Assembly (NCBI GenBank): GCA_044229975.1
Contig: JBGARZ010000015.1
Location: 64,001-128,000 of the forward strand
Direction of reading: 5' to 3'
Length of the DNA: 64,000 bases
From: Polyangiales bacterium
Lineage (GTDB): Bacteria > Myxococcota_A > Polyangia > Polyangiales > Ga0077539
Both the position numbers and the translations under genes were made by a program. The notes under the pieces are model-generated. The model had not been told where the DNA came from. It did not search any database and saw nothing but the letters and a program-made list of their open reading frames with translations. Shown in pieces: positions 48,886 through 57,668 of this stretch; positions within the stretch are counted from its first letter, which is position 1; each line of letters opens with the position of its first letter.

Positions 48886-51549
48886 TCATTCCGTGTCGAG
48901 CGCAACGCTTCCGCGGTTGCCCGACGCGTCGATGAGCTCGTAGCGCATCACCCGCGTCGCATCCCCACCGAGCTCGATGGTCGCTCGCCCGGCGTCGTCC
49001 ACCGCCACCCCGTCGAAGCTGCGTCGCATGCCGTCCGTCAACGTCACCTCCACGCTCGCCGCGCCGCGCGGCAGCAGCAGCGCCTGACCCGGTCGGCTGC
49101 GCAGCGAGAGCAACCGCCACCCCTCCGCCGAGCGCGCGCTCGCGGTCAGCGTCGCCATCGATCCGCTGCGCGTCGCGGTGAGCTGCAACGTCGCGGGTGC
49201 CACATCGAAGGCGCGGCTCGCCACCCGATACCCGGTGCCCTCGATGGCGAAGCGGTAGCGCCCGGTGGGCAGCGCGAGTCGGTCGCCCAGCCCGTCGTGG
49301 CGCGCGTCGCCCCAGCTCGGCACGGCCTGCCACTCGGCGACCCAGTAGTGCGTGCGCGGCGCCTCTCCCACGCGGCGCAATGGTATTGGCGTCCACGTCA
49401 CGAGCAGATCGCCGTCACGCACCTCGCGCCCGCTGCGGCGCACCATGGGCGCCCACACGTTGCTGCCCGGCGCCGACTCCACCTCGATGTGGACCGTGGG
49501 TGTCCCGGCGCGCGGGTCTTCGCCGATCCAGACGAAGCGCGCGACGCCGAGGCGCTCGATGCGCTCGGGCGGCTGCGCGCCCACCGTCGACCAGTCGGGC
49601 GAGCGGCGCGCGTACACCTCGCGCGGAACACTCTCCGGCACCCTGCCCGCCATCGCCGCCGTCTCCGGCGCAGGCAGCGCATCGGGCACGGGCGGAGCCC
49701 ACCGCGTCGAGCCCGTTCCGACGTCTTCGCGCTGCGGAGTGAACGCCATGCGCGCGAGGGCGACGGCCTCCTCGGCGACGTGCTCGCCCTCCAGCGGTCC
49801 CCAGAAGTTGAGCCCCGGCTCGTACCCGGCGCGCAGCCAGTCTTCGGCGGTGAGCACGTAGCCCATGTGCCCGTTGGCGTACCCGACCACCACGGTGTGA
49901 TCGGGCGCCGCCGGCGAGAGCGCGCGCACGCGGTCGGCGAGGAGGGTGAGCGGCTCTCCCGGGAGCGTGACGAAGACGTGCTCGCCGATGCGCACGGCAC
50001 CGACGACGGTGCGCGTCGAGCCACACGCCGCGCGGTTGCGCGGGATCGGCGGCGGTCGGATGGCGAGCACCGCCCCGACGAGCGGCGAGAGCCCCTCGAC
50101 GCGCTGGCACGTCCCGTAGGAGCTCAGGCCCGCGGCGCCTGGGAAGAGCGACCCGACGAGGTACGACTGGTCGACGCCGCACAGCACCGCGCCGTACGCC
50201 GCGTTGAACTCGTCGATGGGAGAGATCAGCGCGCCCGCGTCGTCGTAGACCCGTCGGTCGGGTGCGCGGCCCGGCTCGAAGGGAGCGTAGGCGAGGCCGC
50301 CGTCGCGGACGGTGAAGGTGCGCCAGTCGGTTCCGAGGGGGATGGAGCGGGTGAGCGCCTCGACGGCCACGCGGTCGCGGAGCGTGTCCCCAGCGCGCTG
50401 CCACACGCCGTAGATCAACCCCGCGGCGGTGCGCCCGAGCCCCTCGACGCGGGCGAAGTCGTAGCAGAAGCGCGCTGGTCCGCGGCGCTCTTCGTCGCAG
50501 TCGACGCCGCCGCCGGGCCCTGCCGGGGAGACGTCCCCCGCGGCGCCCTGGAGGTGCATCACCATCACGCGACGGTCGAAGCGCTCTTCGAGGGCGCGCT
50601 CGATGGCCCCGGAGGCGTCGGTCGCCATCAAGCTGTTGTCCGCGTCCAGGATGGTCGGGTGAACGCCCACGACCGGGACCACGGCGAGCGGTGTCCCGTC
50701 GGCGGTGTCGACGCGCAGCACGAAGAGGTCGTTGTCCTTGCGACGGCGCCCGTTGGGGAGGTCGTCGTTGGCGTCGCGGCGGTCGCGGGAGACGGTGTCC
50801 ATCGGGTCGAAGGCGCCGTCGTGCGCGACGCCAATGCGCGCCGGAACCCGCGCCGCAACCGCAGCGAGCGCAGCCTGTACGAGCGCATCGACGAGGCGCC
50901 GCTGGCTCTCGGCGCGAGCCGGACCGAAGCCCAGGATGCCGTATCCCTCGTGCGCGACGTGGTGGCCCGGCGCCGAGTGCGAGTGGCTCGTGACGAAGAA
51001 CACCTTGCCTTCGTAGGCGGGCCCGAGTCGGGCGGTGACCTGGCCGTGGATGGTCTCGTCGGCGACGCCGAGGTCTGCCTTGAGGAGCAGCACCGTCTCG
51101 TCGCCCGCGGTGAGGGCGAGCGCTCGCACCATCGGCCGCGTCTGGTACCCGAGCGACGCGTTGAACCACGCCGACAGGGTGCGGTCGCGGTCGTCGAGCG
51201 CGCCGTCGTTGCCGAGGAGGCGCACGCGCGAGGTGTACGCGCCGAGGGCCGACCCGACGGGGAGATCGAGCGGGAGCTCGGCGACGCCCGCGGAGACTGC
51301 GCCTTCGGTGACGGTTGCACCGGCGCGTGCGGTCGCGGCGACGGCTTCGTAGCGGCAGTGATCGGTGGGTGAAGGGAGTTCGAGGACGTCGACGGGCTCG
51401 GGCTTGTCCGAGGCTTCGGGCGCGTCGTCGCGAGAGCCGAGGTCGTTGGCGGGCGGCGCGTCGACAGCGCCAGCGTCAGGGGTCGACGGCGTGGCGGTGT
51501 TGCAGTGGACGAGCGCGACGAGGGAGAGCGAGAGCAGGGCGGTGCGCAT
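48886..51549 (-). CDS. Neutral/alkaline ceramidase-family lipoprotein
   Basis: LVHC lipobox; SHSHSAPG; VHPT; QGAAGDVSP; LPGEP; GYANGHMGY; GYE. Confidence 0.85.
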   Translation of the reverse strand: MRTALLSLSLVALVHCNTATPSTPDAGAVDAPPANDLGSRDDAPEASDKPEPVDVLELPSPTDHCRYEAVAATARAGATVTEGAVSAGVAELPLDLPVGSALGAYTSRVRLLGNDGALDDRDRTLSAWFNASLGYQTRPMVRALALTAGDETVLLLKADLGVADETIHGQVTARLGPAYEGKVFFVTSHSHSAPGHHVAHEGYGILGFGPARAESQRRLVDALVQAALAAVAARVPARIGVAHDGAFDPMDTVSRDRRDANDDLPNGRRRKDNDLFVLRVDTADGTPLAVVPVVGVHPTILDADNSLMATDASGAIERALEERFDRRVMVMHLQGAAGDVSPAGPGGGVDCDEERRGPARFCYDFARVEGLGRTAAGLIYGVWQRAGDTLRDRVAVEALTRSIPLGTDWRTFTVRDGGLAYAPFEPGRAPDRRVYDDAGALISPIDEFNAAYGAVLCGVDQSYLVGSLFPGAAGLSSYGTCQRVEGLSPLVGAVLAIRPPPIPRNRAACGSTRTVVGAVRIGEHVFVTLPGEPLTLLADRVRALSPAAPDHTVVVGYANGHMGYVLTAEDWLRAGYEPGLNFWGPLEGEHVAEEAVALARMAFTPQREDVGTGSTRWAPPVPDALPAPETAAMAGRVPESVPREVYARRSPDWSTVGAQPPERIERLGVARFVWIGEDPRAGTPTVHIEVESAPGSNVWAPMVRRSGREVRDGDLLVTWTPIPLRRVGEAPRTHYWVAEWQAVPSWGDARHDGLGDRLALPTGRYRFAIEGTGYRVASRAFDVAPATLQLTATRSGSMATLTASARSAEGWRLLSLRSRPGQALLLPRGAASVEVTLTDGMRRSFDGVAVDDAGRATIELGGDATRVMRYELIDASGNRGSVALDTE

Positions 51550-51558
51550 GGGAGGCGT

Positions 51559-52443
51559 TCACCACGCTACGCCGAGGTTGAGCGCCGCACGCAGCGTCAC
51601 GCCTGCCGCACTGCCGAGCGTCTGCACCGCTGCCTCGGCGAAGAGCGGAACCGCCCGCCGACGGAAGCCAAACCCCCCGCCGAGCTGCGCGCCGAAGCCC
51701 GTCCCGGGCGTGTCGTCGTCGTCGAGCGAGGCGATCGGTCCGCCCATCAAGAACCACTGCACATCGCTGTGATTGCCGTCGGGCTCCCAGTGCAGGGTGA
51801 GCCCGAGGTGGTGGGTCGCGCCGACGCCGATGACGAAGGTGCGCGCGTACTCGGCCGTCAGCGCGAGCGACCCGTAGACCGAGTTGCCGCTGTCGGTGCT
51901 GCCCCGGATGACGCGCCGCACGCCCACGCGTGCCAGGGGCGCGAGCGCGAATTGCGCACCCGAGTGGGTGGCCGCGCCACCGGAGACGGAGGCCACGACG
52001 CTCACCGTGGGCTGCCAGTGGGCTTCGGTGTACGCCGCGTAGGACGGCTGGATGCGGGCGGCCTCGGCGAGGGTGAGGCCGTGGTCGGCGAGCCACGCGC
52101 CGAGCTCACCGTCATCGCAGAGGTCGTCGATGCGGGCGAGGTTGTGGTCACGGGCGATGCGAGCGACGAGCGCGTGGTGCCCGGTGGACTCCAGCAGGGC
52201 GGCCACGGCGCAGCGGGCGCCATCGTCATCGACGAAGACGGGCGTGAGCGACGGGGCGACGCGGTTGATGGGATAGCGACCCGCGTCGATGTACCGACCG
52301 AGCGCGCGGAGGGCGGCGCGGCGGCGGGTGCGCTGACGATCGGAGAGCGCGGCGGGTCGGGCCGCGCGAACAGCCCGGAGGGCGCGGGTGAGGTGGTCGC
52401 GGACGCGGCGGTGCTCGGGGGTGCTCATCGGGGTGGCGTGCAT
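51559..52443 (-). CDS. Hypothetical protein: conserved-looking N-terminal domain plus beta-barrel-like C-terminus
   Basis: GRYPIN...TPVFVDDDGARCAVAALL...EAARIQPSY followed by amphipathic strands ending LNLGVAW. Confidence 0.65.
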   Translation of the reverse strand: MHATPMSTPEHRRVRDHLTRALRAVRAARPAALSDRQRTRRRAALRALGRYIDAGRYPINRVAPSLTPVFVDDDGARCAVAALLESTGHHALVARIARDHNLARIDDLCDDGELGAWLADHGLTLAEAARIQPSYAAYTEAHWQPTVSVVASVSGGAATHSGAQFALAPLARVGVRRVIRGSTDSGNSVYGSLALTAEYARTFVIGVGATHHLGLTLHWEPDGNHSDVQWFLMGGPIASLDDDDTPGTGFGAQLGGGFGFRRRAVPLFAEAAVQTLGSAAGVTLRAALNLGVAW

Positions 52444-52465
52444 GGTAGATCGGTCGCCCCGGACG

Positions 52466-53383
52466 ATGTTCCTCCCCCTCGCCATGCAGCTCGCGGGCGC
52501 CCTCACCGTCACGCGCCCCACGGCCGTCTTCACCGAGTGGACCCTCCTCGACCGCGCCCCTCGCGTCGAGCACGTCACGGCCCGCGCCGACTATCGCCGC
52601 CGCGAGGGCGCCTTCGCGCTGCTCCCGCGCGTCCTCCAGCGCAATCCCCGACCCACCGCGCACGTCGCCGGGACCGGCTCGCCCCTCGCGGTGATCGCCC
52701 GCCCCGAGGGCTGGTGCGTCGCGCTCCCGCCGGGTGACCGGCCCGACCTCCGCATCGTGGCGAGCGTGGTGCGCCCCATTCCCCGCCCGCGCGCCTTCAA
52801 GACGTCGTGGCCGCGCTTCGTGGCGGAGGGCGTTCCGAGTCGTCAGCTCGTGCTGCTGCCGCTGTCCTTCGACGGGCGCATCCCCGACGGCTGGACCTGC
52901 CCCCGCGAGCCCATCGACGAGACCCCGTGCGTGACGCGCATCGAGCTCCCTGCGCCGCTGCCGCTCCGCCTCCCCGCGCTGCCGTCGCCGCCGTTCAGCA
53001 GGGCCCTCGCGGCGTCGCTGACGGTGCTCGCGTTGGCGCTCGCGTGGGGTCGCCCCGCGGGGCGCCTGGAGCGCTTCGCGGGCGCGGCGGGTGGCGCGAC
53101 GGTGGGCCTCGCAGTGGCGCTCGCGCTGGTGGGCGCATCGGTCACCGGCTGGGGCCCGGCGGTGTGCTGGACGGCTCCGGCGCTGGTCGGAGTGGGTGTG
53201 CTCGCGGCGCGCACGTCGACGGGCCGCGTGGTGGGGAGCGTGGCGATGGCGGTGGTTCCGCTGGCGGCGGTGGTGGGCGCGCGGGTGGAGTGGGTCGTCG
53301 GGGCGGTGGCGGCGCTCGCGGTGGTGGTGTTGGGGGCGGTCGGAGCGGGGCGGCGGTCGGCAGTGAGCGCGCTGCGGGGGTAA
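52466..53383 (+). CDS. Hypothetical membrane protein
   Basis: Several C-terminal hydrophobic helices; divergent from the preceding gene. Confidence 0.55.
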   Translation: MFLPLAMQLAGALTVTRPTAVFTEWTLLDRAPRVEHVTARADYRRREGAFALLPRVLQRNPRPTAHVAGTGSPLAVIARPEGWCVALPPGDRPDLRIVASVVRPIPRPRAFKTSWPRFVAEGVPSRQLVLLPLSFDGRIPDGWTCPREPIDETPCVTRIELPAPLPLRLPALPSPPFSRALAASLTVLALALAWGRPAGRLERFAGAAGGATVGLAVALALVGASVTGWGPAVCWTAPALVGVGVLAARTSTGRVVGSVAMAVVPLAAVVGARVEWVVGAVAALAVVVLGAVGAGRRSAVSALRG

Positions 53384-53439
53384 AGGGGGGCGACCGCAGA
53401 CCGCGTCGAAGTTGTGCGCGTCGCGCTGCGCCCGCCGCG

Positions 53440-53814
53440 TCAGGGCACGCCGCAGGACACGGACTCGAAGCGCGCGAAGTTGAAGTTCGGTCGCCGCCTG
53501 CAGAGCGGCACGCCGTTGCTGCACACGTTGGCGAAGTCGAGGTCGGTGCAGACGCACCCTGGCACCTCGTCGACGAAGAGCTGGCAGCTCCGGCCGTCGC
53601 AGTGGAAGCGCACCGCCGACCCCTGCTCCGAGGTCGCCGACATCGTGCACGTGCCGTTGCAGGCCCTCTCGCGAGACGCAGCGTCCTGGGCGATGCGCGG
53701 CAGGGCACACCCACCATCGTCGCTCGACCGGTCGACGAGCTCGGTGCGCGCGCCGCACCCGCCGACGAGCCACACCGCCGCCGCGAGCCAGGTTGCCCTC
53801 ACGCCCGCTCGCAT
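53440..53814 (-). CDS. Small Cys-rich lipoprotein
   Basis: LVGGC-GARTEL lipobox; several Cys; coupled to the methyltransferase stop. Confidence 0.65.
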   Translation of the reverse strand: MRAGVRATWLAAAVWLVGGCGARTELVDRSSDDGGCALPRIAQDAASRERACNGTCTMSATSEQGSAVRFHCDGRSCQLFVDEVPGCVCTDLDFANVCSNGVPLCRRRPNFNFARFESVSCGVP

Positions 53815-54602
53815 CACGGCCGAACGAAGCGCAGCACGAAGCGGTCGCTGGTGCCGCGCCGCTCGCCGGCCGTGCGCGGGCTGGCGCTCCAGTCGCGGAT
53901 GTCGGCGGGGTTGCGCATGAAGTCCGCCTCCGCGTCGAGGCGGAACCCCGCCGCGAGCACCTCCGCCACCAGCACCGACTGCTCGATGCGGTGCAGCGTC
54001 TGGACGTCGTCGACGCCGTGACCCGCCGCCGCGCTGTGGTCGATGATGGCGTAGACGCCACCCGGACGGAGCGCGTTGAAGACGGCGCGGTTCATGGCTG
54101 CGCGGTCGGTGTGTAGCCACACCGTGTCGTGGTACGAAAACAAGAAGAACACCGCGTCGAGGCCAGTGGCCTCCGGGGGAATCGGGCTATCGAGCTCGCG
54201 GTCGACGCGGGTGACGTTGCGCATCGGCGGCGTCGCGAGGCGGGTCGACCAGGGGGCCTCGGCGAAGCGTTCGAGGAGGAAGCGGTTGTTCTGGCCGAAG
54301 ACGCGTCCGTCGGGGCCCACCGCGCGGGCGAGGAGCTCGGCGGTGTACCCGCCGCCGGCGAAGAGCTCGGCCACGCGTTGACCAGGGCGCACGCCGAAGA
54401 ACGCCAGCGTCTCGGCGGGGTGGCGCCCGACGTCGAGGGCGCGGTCGTCGGCGCTCCGGTCGGGCGCGTCGACCACGGCGCGCAGGGCGTCGGGGACGCT
54501 CACCGCGGCAGCGGCCGTGACCGGAGCGGCGGTGTTGACGGGGCGCGACGGCGTGGTCGCGCACGAGGCGAGGGCGAGCAGGAGGACGGCGAGGTAGCGC
54601 AT
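53814..54602 (-). CDS. Class I SAM-dependent methyltransferase-like lipoprotein (COG4798 type)
   Basis: RHPAETLAFFGV; AGGGYTAELL; YHD; ALRPGGVYAIIDH; SDRFVLRF. Confidence 0.9.
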   Translation of the reverse strand: MRYLAVLLLALASCATTPSRPVNTAAPVTAAAAVSVPDALRAVVDAPDRSADDRALDVGRHPAETLAFFGVRPGQRVAELFAGGGYTAELLARAVGPDGRVFGQNNRFLLERFAEAPWSTRLATPPMRNVTRVDRELDSPIPPEATGLDAVFFLFSYHDTVWLHTDRAAMNRAVFNALRPGGVYAIIDHSAAAGHGVDDVQTLHRIEQSVLVAEVLAAGFRLDAEADFMRNPADIRDWSASPRTAGERRGTSDRFVLRFVRP

Positions 54603-54674
54603 GGGTATCGGGTGGTAGCGGAGCGCGGACGAGGCGTCGAGTGGGGAGGTCGATGCGTGCGAGACTCGCGCGCG

Positions 54675-55065
54675 ATGAGGGTGCCCGCCTGCGCCGTCGA
54701 GGATCGCTCGCTGTCGCTGCCGCTGTACAAGCGGTTCGTCGTCGAGCCGGCGGTGCGGCTCATTCCTGCGAGTGTTCATCCCAACACCGTGACCCACCTC
54801 GCGCACCTGATGAGCCTCGGCGCCGCTGCTTGCGTCGTGCTCGGGCCCGCCGCCTCGGGGCTGCGCTTCGGCTGCGAAGCGGGGGGCCGCGACCGCGCTG
54901 GCCTTCGGCGGCCTCGCCGGGTGGTCGACCATCGCGCGCGCGACGCCTCCGGTCGTCGGCCTCACGGTGGTGCTGCTCTGCGTGGCGGTGTTCGGCGGGA
55001 TGCTCGCGCGCGACGTCGTGCGCGTGCGATCACGCCTGCTCGTAACCGACGCCCCGGCGGGCTGA
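54675..55065 (+). pseudogene. CDP-alcohol phosphatidyltransferase remnant (internal deletion and frameshift)
   Basis: N-terminus EDRSLSLPLYKRFVVEPAVRLIPASVHPNTVT; no DGxxAR catalytic motif; hydrophobic C-terminus (VVGLTVVLLCVAVFGGML...APAG*) in another frame. Confidence 0.6.
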
Positions 55066-55091
55066 CAACCTCGCAACCGAGCCCGCGCCTC

Positions 55092-55130
55092 ATCCCGTCT
55101 GTCCCTTGCGACCCTCGCGCCCTGGCGGCC
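55092..55130. repeat. Degenerate half copy D of the inverted-repeat element
   Basis: cctcatcccgtctgtcccttgcgaccctcgcgccctggcggcc resembles the loop end and right arm of copy A. Confidence 0.75.
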
Positions 55131-55149
55131 TTTTCCCCGCCCCGCCCGC

Positions 55150-56421
55150 TCAGCGGTCGGTGGTCAGCTCGTCCAGCAGCACCCGCAGCGTCTCGGGCAG
55201 CGGCACCGCCCCGCTCAGCGCCGCGGCGGTCAGCGTGAACCCCGCGTCGACCATCCGGTACGCGTAGCGCGCCGTCGCGCCGTACCGCGCCTGCACCGCC
55301 GAGCCCAACAGCTCCGCGGCCTCCATCGCCTCCACCGGCGTCGCGGGCGTCGTCTTCAGCGCAAACCAGAACTGCGCCCCCAGCATGTATCCCTTCGCGC
55401 TGCCCATGGTGAGCTTCGCGAGAAACGTCCGCTCGTCGGGCCGCGCGAGCCGCGACGGCGGGAGCCGCGCCGCGAAGAGGTAGCGCGCCGACACCACCCG
55501 CACCTCCGGCGTCGCGAAGATGGGCGACGGCGTCGGCGAGCCCGTGGTGCGCGCCCGCAGCTCCTGCACGGCGCCCATCGCGGCGGCTTCGACGGCCGCG
55601 TCGAGCTGCATCGCGAAGTCACCCGCCGTCACCGGGCGCCTCTTCACGTCGAGCGAGAGCGCCTCCATCAGCACCTCCACCACCTCGCGCGGCGGCCGCG
55701 GCATGCGCCCCGGAACCACCGGCGGCGGCGCCGGGTTGCCCACCCGCATGAGCAGCTCGGAGAGGTCTTCCTTCACGTACGGGAGCTGCCCCGTGAGCAT
55801 CTCGTACAGCAGCAGCGCCGACGTGTAGATGTCGCTGCGGAAGTCCGCCGGCGACCCCAGCAATTGCTCTGGCGCCATGTACTCGGGCGTCCCGAGAATC
55901 TGCCCCGCGCGGGTCATCTTGGGGCCGTCGTCCATCGGGCGCGCGATGCCGAAGTCGATGAGCTTCAGCGTCTCGGAGCCGTGGTCGCCCTTCGCCATGA
56001 AGAGGTTGGACGGCTTCAGGTCGCGGTGCACCACGCCCGCCGCGTGGATGGCGCCGAGGCCCTCCAGCAAGCCCTTCTGCAACACCAGGGCTTCGCGCCA
56101 CGGGAGCGTCACGCGGCGCGCCATGCGGGTTTCGAGGGCTTCGCCGTCGAGGAGTTCCATGACGAGGCAGGGGGCGCCGTCGTCGAGGAGGCCGTAGTCG
56201 AGCACGCGCACCACGTTGGGGTGCTGCACCCGCGACATGAGCTGCGCCTCGCGCTCGAAGCGCTCGACGAGGTCGGCGCGCTCCTGCCGTTGCATCACCT
56301 TCACCGCCACGGGCAGCCCCAGCGTCGTCTGCCGCGCGCGGTAGACCTTGCCCATCCCTCCTTCGCCCAGCAGGTCTTCGATCACGTACCGCCCGAGCAC
56401 CGTCTCGTCAGGAGCCACCAC
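55150..56421 (-). CDS. Ser/Thr protein kinase with uncharacterised C-terminal domain
   Basis: GEGGMG, VAVK, HRDLKPSN, DFG, GTPEYMAPEQ. Confidence 0.93.
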   Translation of the reverse strand: MVAPDETVLGRYVIEDLLGEGGMGKVYRARQTTLGLPVAVKVMQRQERADLVERFEREAQLMSRVQHPNVVRVLDYGLLDDGAPCLVMELLDGEALETRMARRVTLPWREALVLQKGLLEGLGAIHAAGVVHRDLKPSNLFMAKGDHGSETLKLIDFGIARPMDDGPKMTRAGQILGTPEYMAPEQLLGSPADFRSDIYTSALLLYEMLTGQLPYVKEDLSELLMRVGNPAPPPVVPGRMPRPPREVVEVLMEALSLDVKRRPVTAGDFAMQLDAAVEAAAMGAVQELRARTTGSPTPSPIFATPEVRVVSARYLFAARLPPSRLARPDERTFLAKLTMGSAKGYMLGAQFWFALKTTPATPVEAMEAAELLGSAVQARYGATARYAYRMVDAGFTLTAAALSGAVPLPETLRVLLDELTTDR

Positions 56422-56429
56422 TGCGCTTC

Positions 56430-57668
56430 TCAGCCCTCTTCACCCGGCAGCATCGGCGCCGCCTGACCGATCTTGACCGCCGAACCCACGAACACCATCG
56501 GCCTCGTGCTCGTCCCTCCCAGCAGCACGCCGAGGTCGCCCTCGTCCATCTCCACCCGCATCCCAGGAACCCACCGCCCCACCACCTCCACCAGCGCCTG
56601 GTGCCAGCTCGGGTCGCTCCGCACCGACGCGCGCACGGCCAGCGCCGCGAGGAGGTCGGTGCCCTCCAGGTCGAAGTCCACCCCCGGCGGACAGCGCAGC
56701 ACCTCGTGCTCGTAGACCAGCTCCATCAGCCGCGCGATGGGGTGCCACCGCGACCGCGCCTCCGGTCGAAACGCCACGTCGTGCACCAGCGCGCAGGTGC
56801 GCAGCCGGTGCGGGTCGGTCTTCGATCGCCCCACGCTCAGCGTCGATCGGAGCTGGTCGAGCGAGCGCGTCGCCGCCGCCGGGAAGTCGTCCCCGCCGCG
56901 CGGCAGGAGCCCCGTGATGGCCACCGCCAGCGTCGCGTGCGCGCCCGCCCGCCGCGTCGCCACGTCGAGGCCCACGAGCCGCATCGCCGCCAGCGCCAGC
57001 GCCGTCGCCTGCACCGCGCGCCGCGGAATCGATCGCTCCCCCGGCGCCACTTCCAGGAAGCGCGTGGTCACCGCCGGGTCGGCCGCCGAGGCGCGCTCCA
57101 ACCGACGAAGAATGGCCGCCCCGCGCGACCAGCCCCACGGCCCGCCGCGCGCCGCGTTGATGTGCTCGGCGTCCATCAGCGCGCGCAACAACATCACCGC
57201 GGCAAAGCGCGCGGGCTCGACGGTCTCGCCCGCCGTGCCGGTGTGCGCGTCGCGAATCGCGCGCAGACGGATGCCCTCCATCTGCGGGGCGGTTCCGTGT
57301 CCCGAGGCGAGCTCGGCGCCGAGGGCGACGACGTCTTCGACGGCCGGGGCGAAGTCCACCGCGAGCTCGTGCACGCCGATGACGTCGAGCGCGTTGGCCA
57401 CCCGCAGCGAGCGCTGAAACCCGCCCGGGTCGAACATCACCAGCGCGTGGTCTTGAAACACCGCCTGCCGCACGAACTGCAACGTAAACGGCGGGTCGGA
57501 CGCCTCGATGCCCTGCACCAGCGCCTGCGCCACCTGCACGCTCACCGGGTGCGTGGTGCCGTGCACCGCGACGGTTCGCATGAGCACGAAGAGCCGCTCG
57601 ACCATCATGCGCGCGGTGCGCCCGGGGGCGTCTTCGGGCACCCACGACGTGCGTCGGCTGTCGGTCAT
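56430..57668 (-). CDS. Hypothetical protein resembling a degenerate HD-GYP protein
   Basis: HPIARL and VGRWVPGMRVEMDEGDLGVL resemble the HD-GYP C-terminus; no intact HD(I/L)GK motif. Confidence 0.55.
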   Translation of the reverse strand: MTDSRRTSWVPEDAPGRTARMMVERLFVLMRTVAVHGTTHPVSVQVAQALVQGIEASDPPFTLQFVRQAVFQDHALVMFDPGGFQRSLRVANALDVIGVHELAVDFAPAVEDVVALGAELASGHGTAPQMEGIRLRAIRDAHTGTAGETVEPARFAAVMLLRALMDAEHINAARGGPWGWSRGAAILRRLERASAADPAVTTRFLEVAPGERSIPRRAVQATALALAAMRLVGLDVATRRAGAHATLAVAITGLLPRGGDDFPAAATRSLDQLRSTLSVGRSKTDPHRLRTCALVHDVAFRPEARSRWHPIARLMELVYEHEVLRCPPGVDFDLEGTDLLAALAVRASVRSDPSWHQALVEVVGRWVPGMRVEMDEGDLGVLLGGTSTRPMVFVGSAVKIGQAAPMLPGEEG

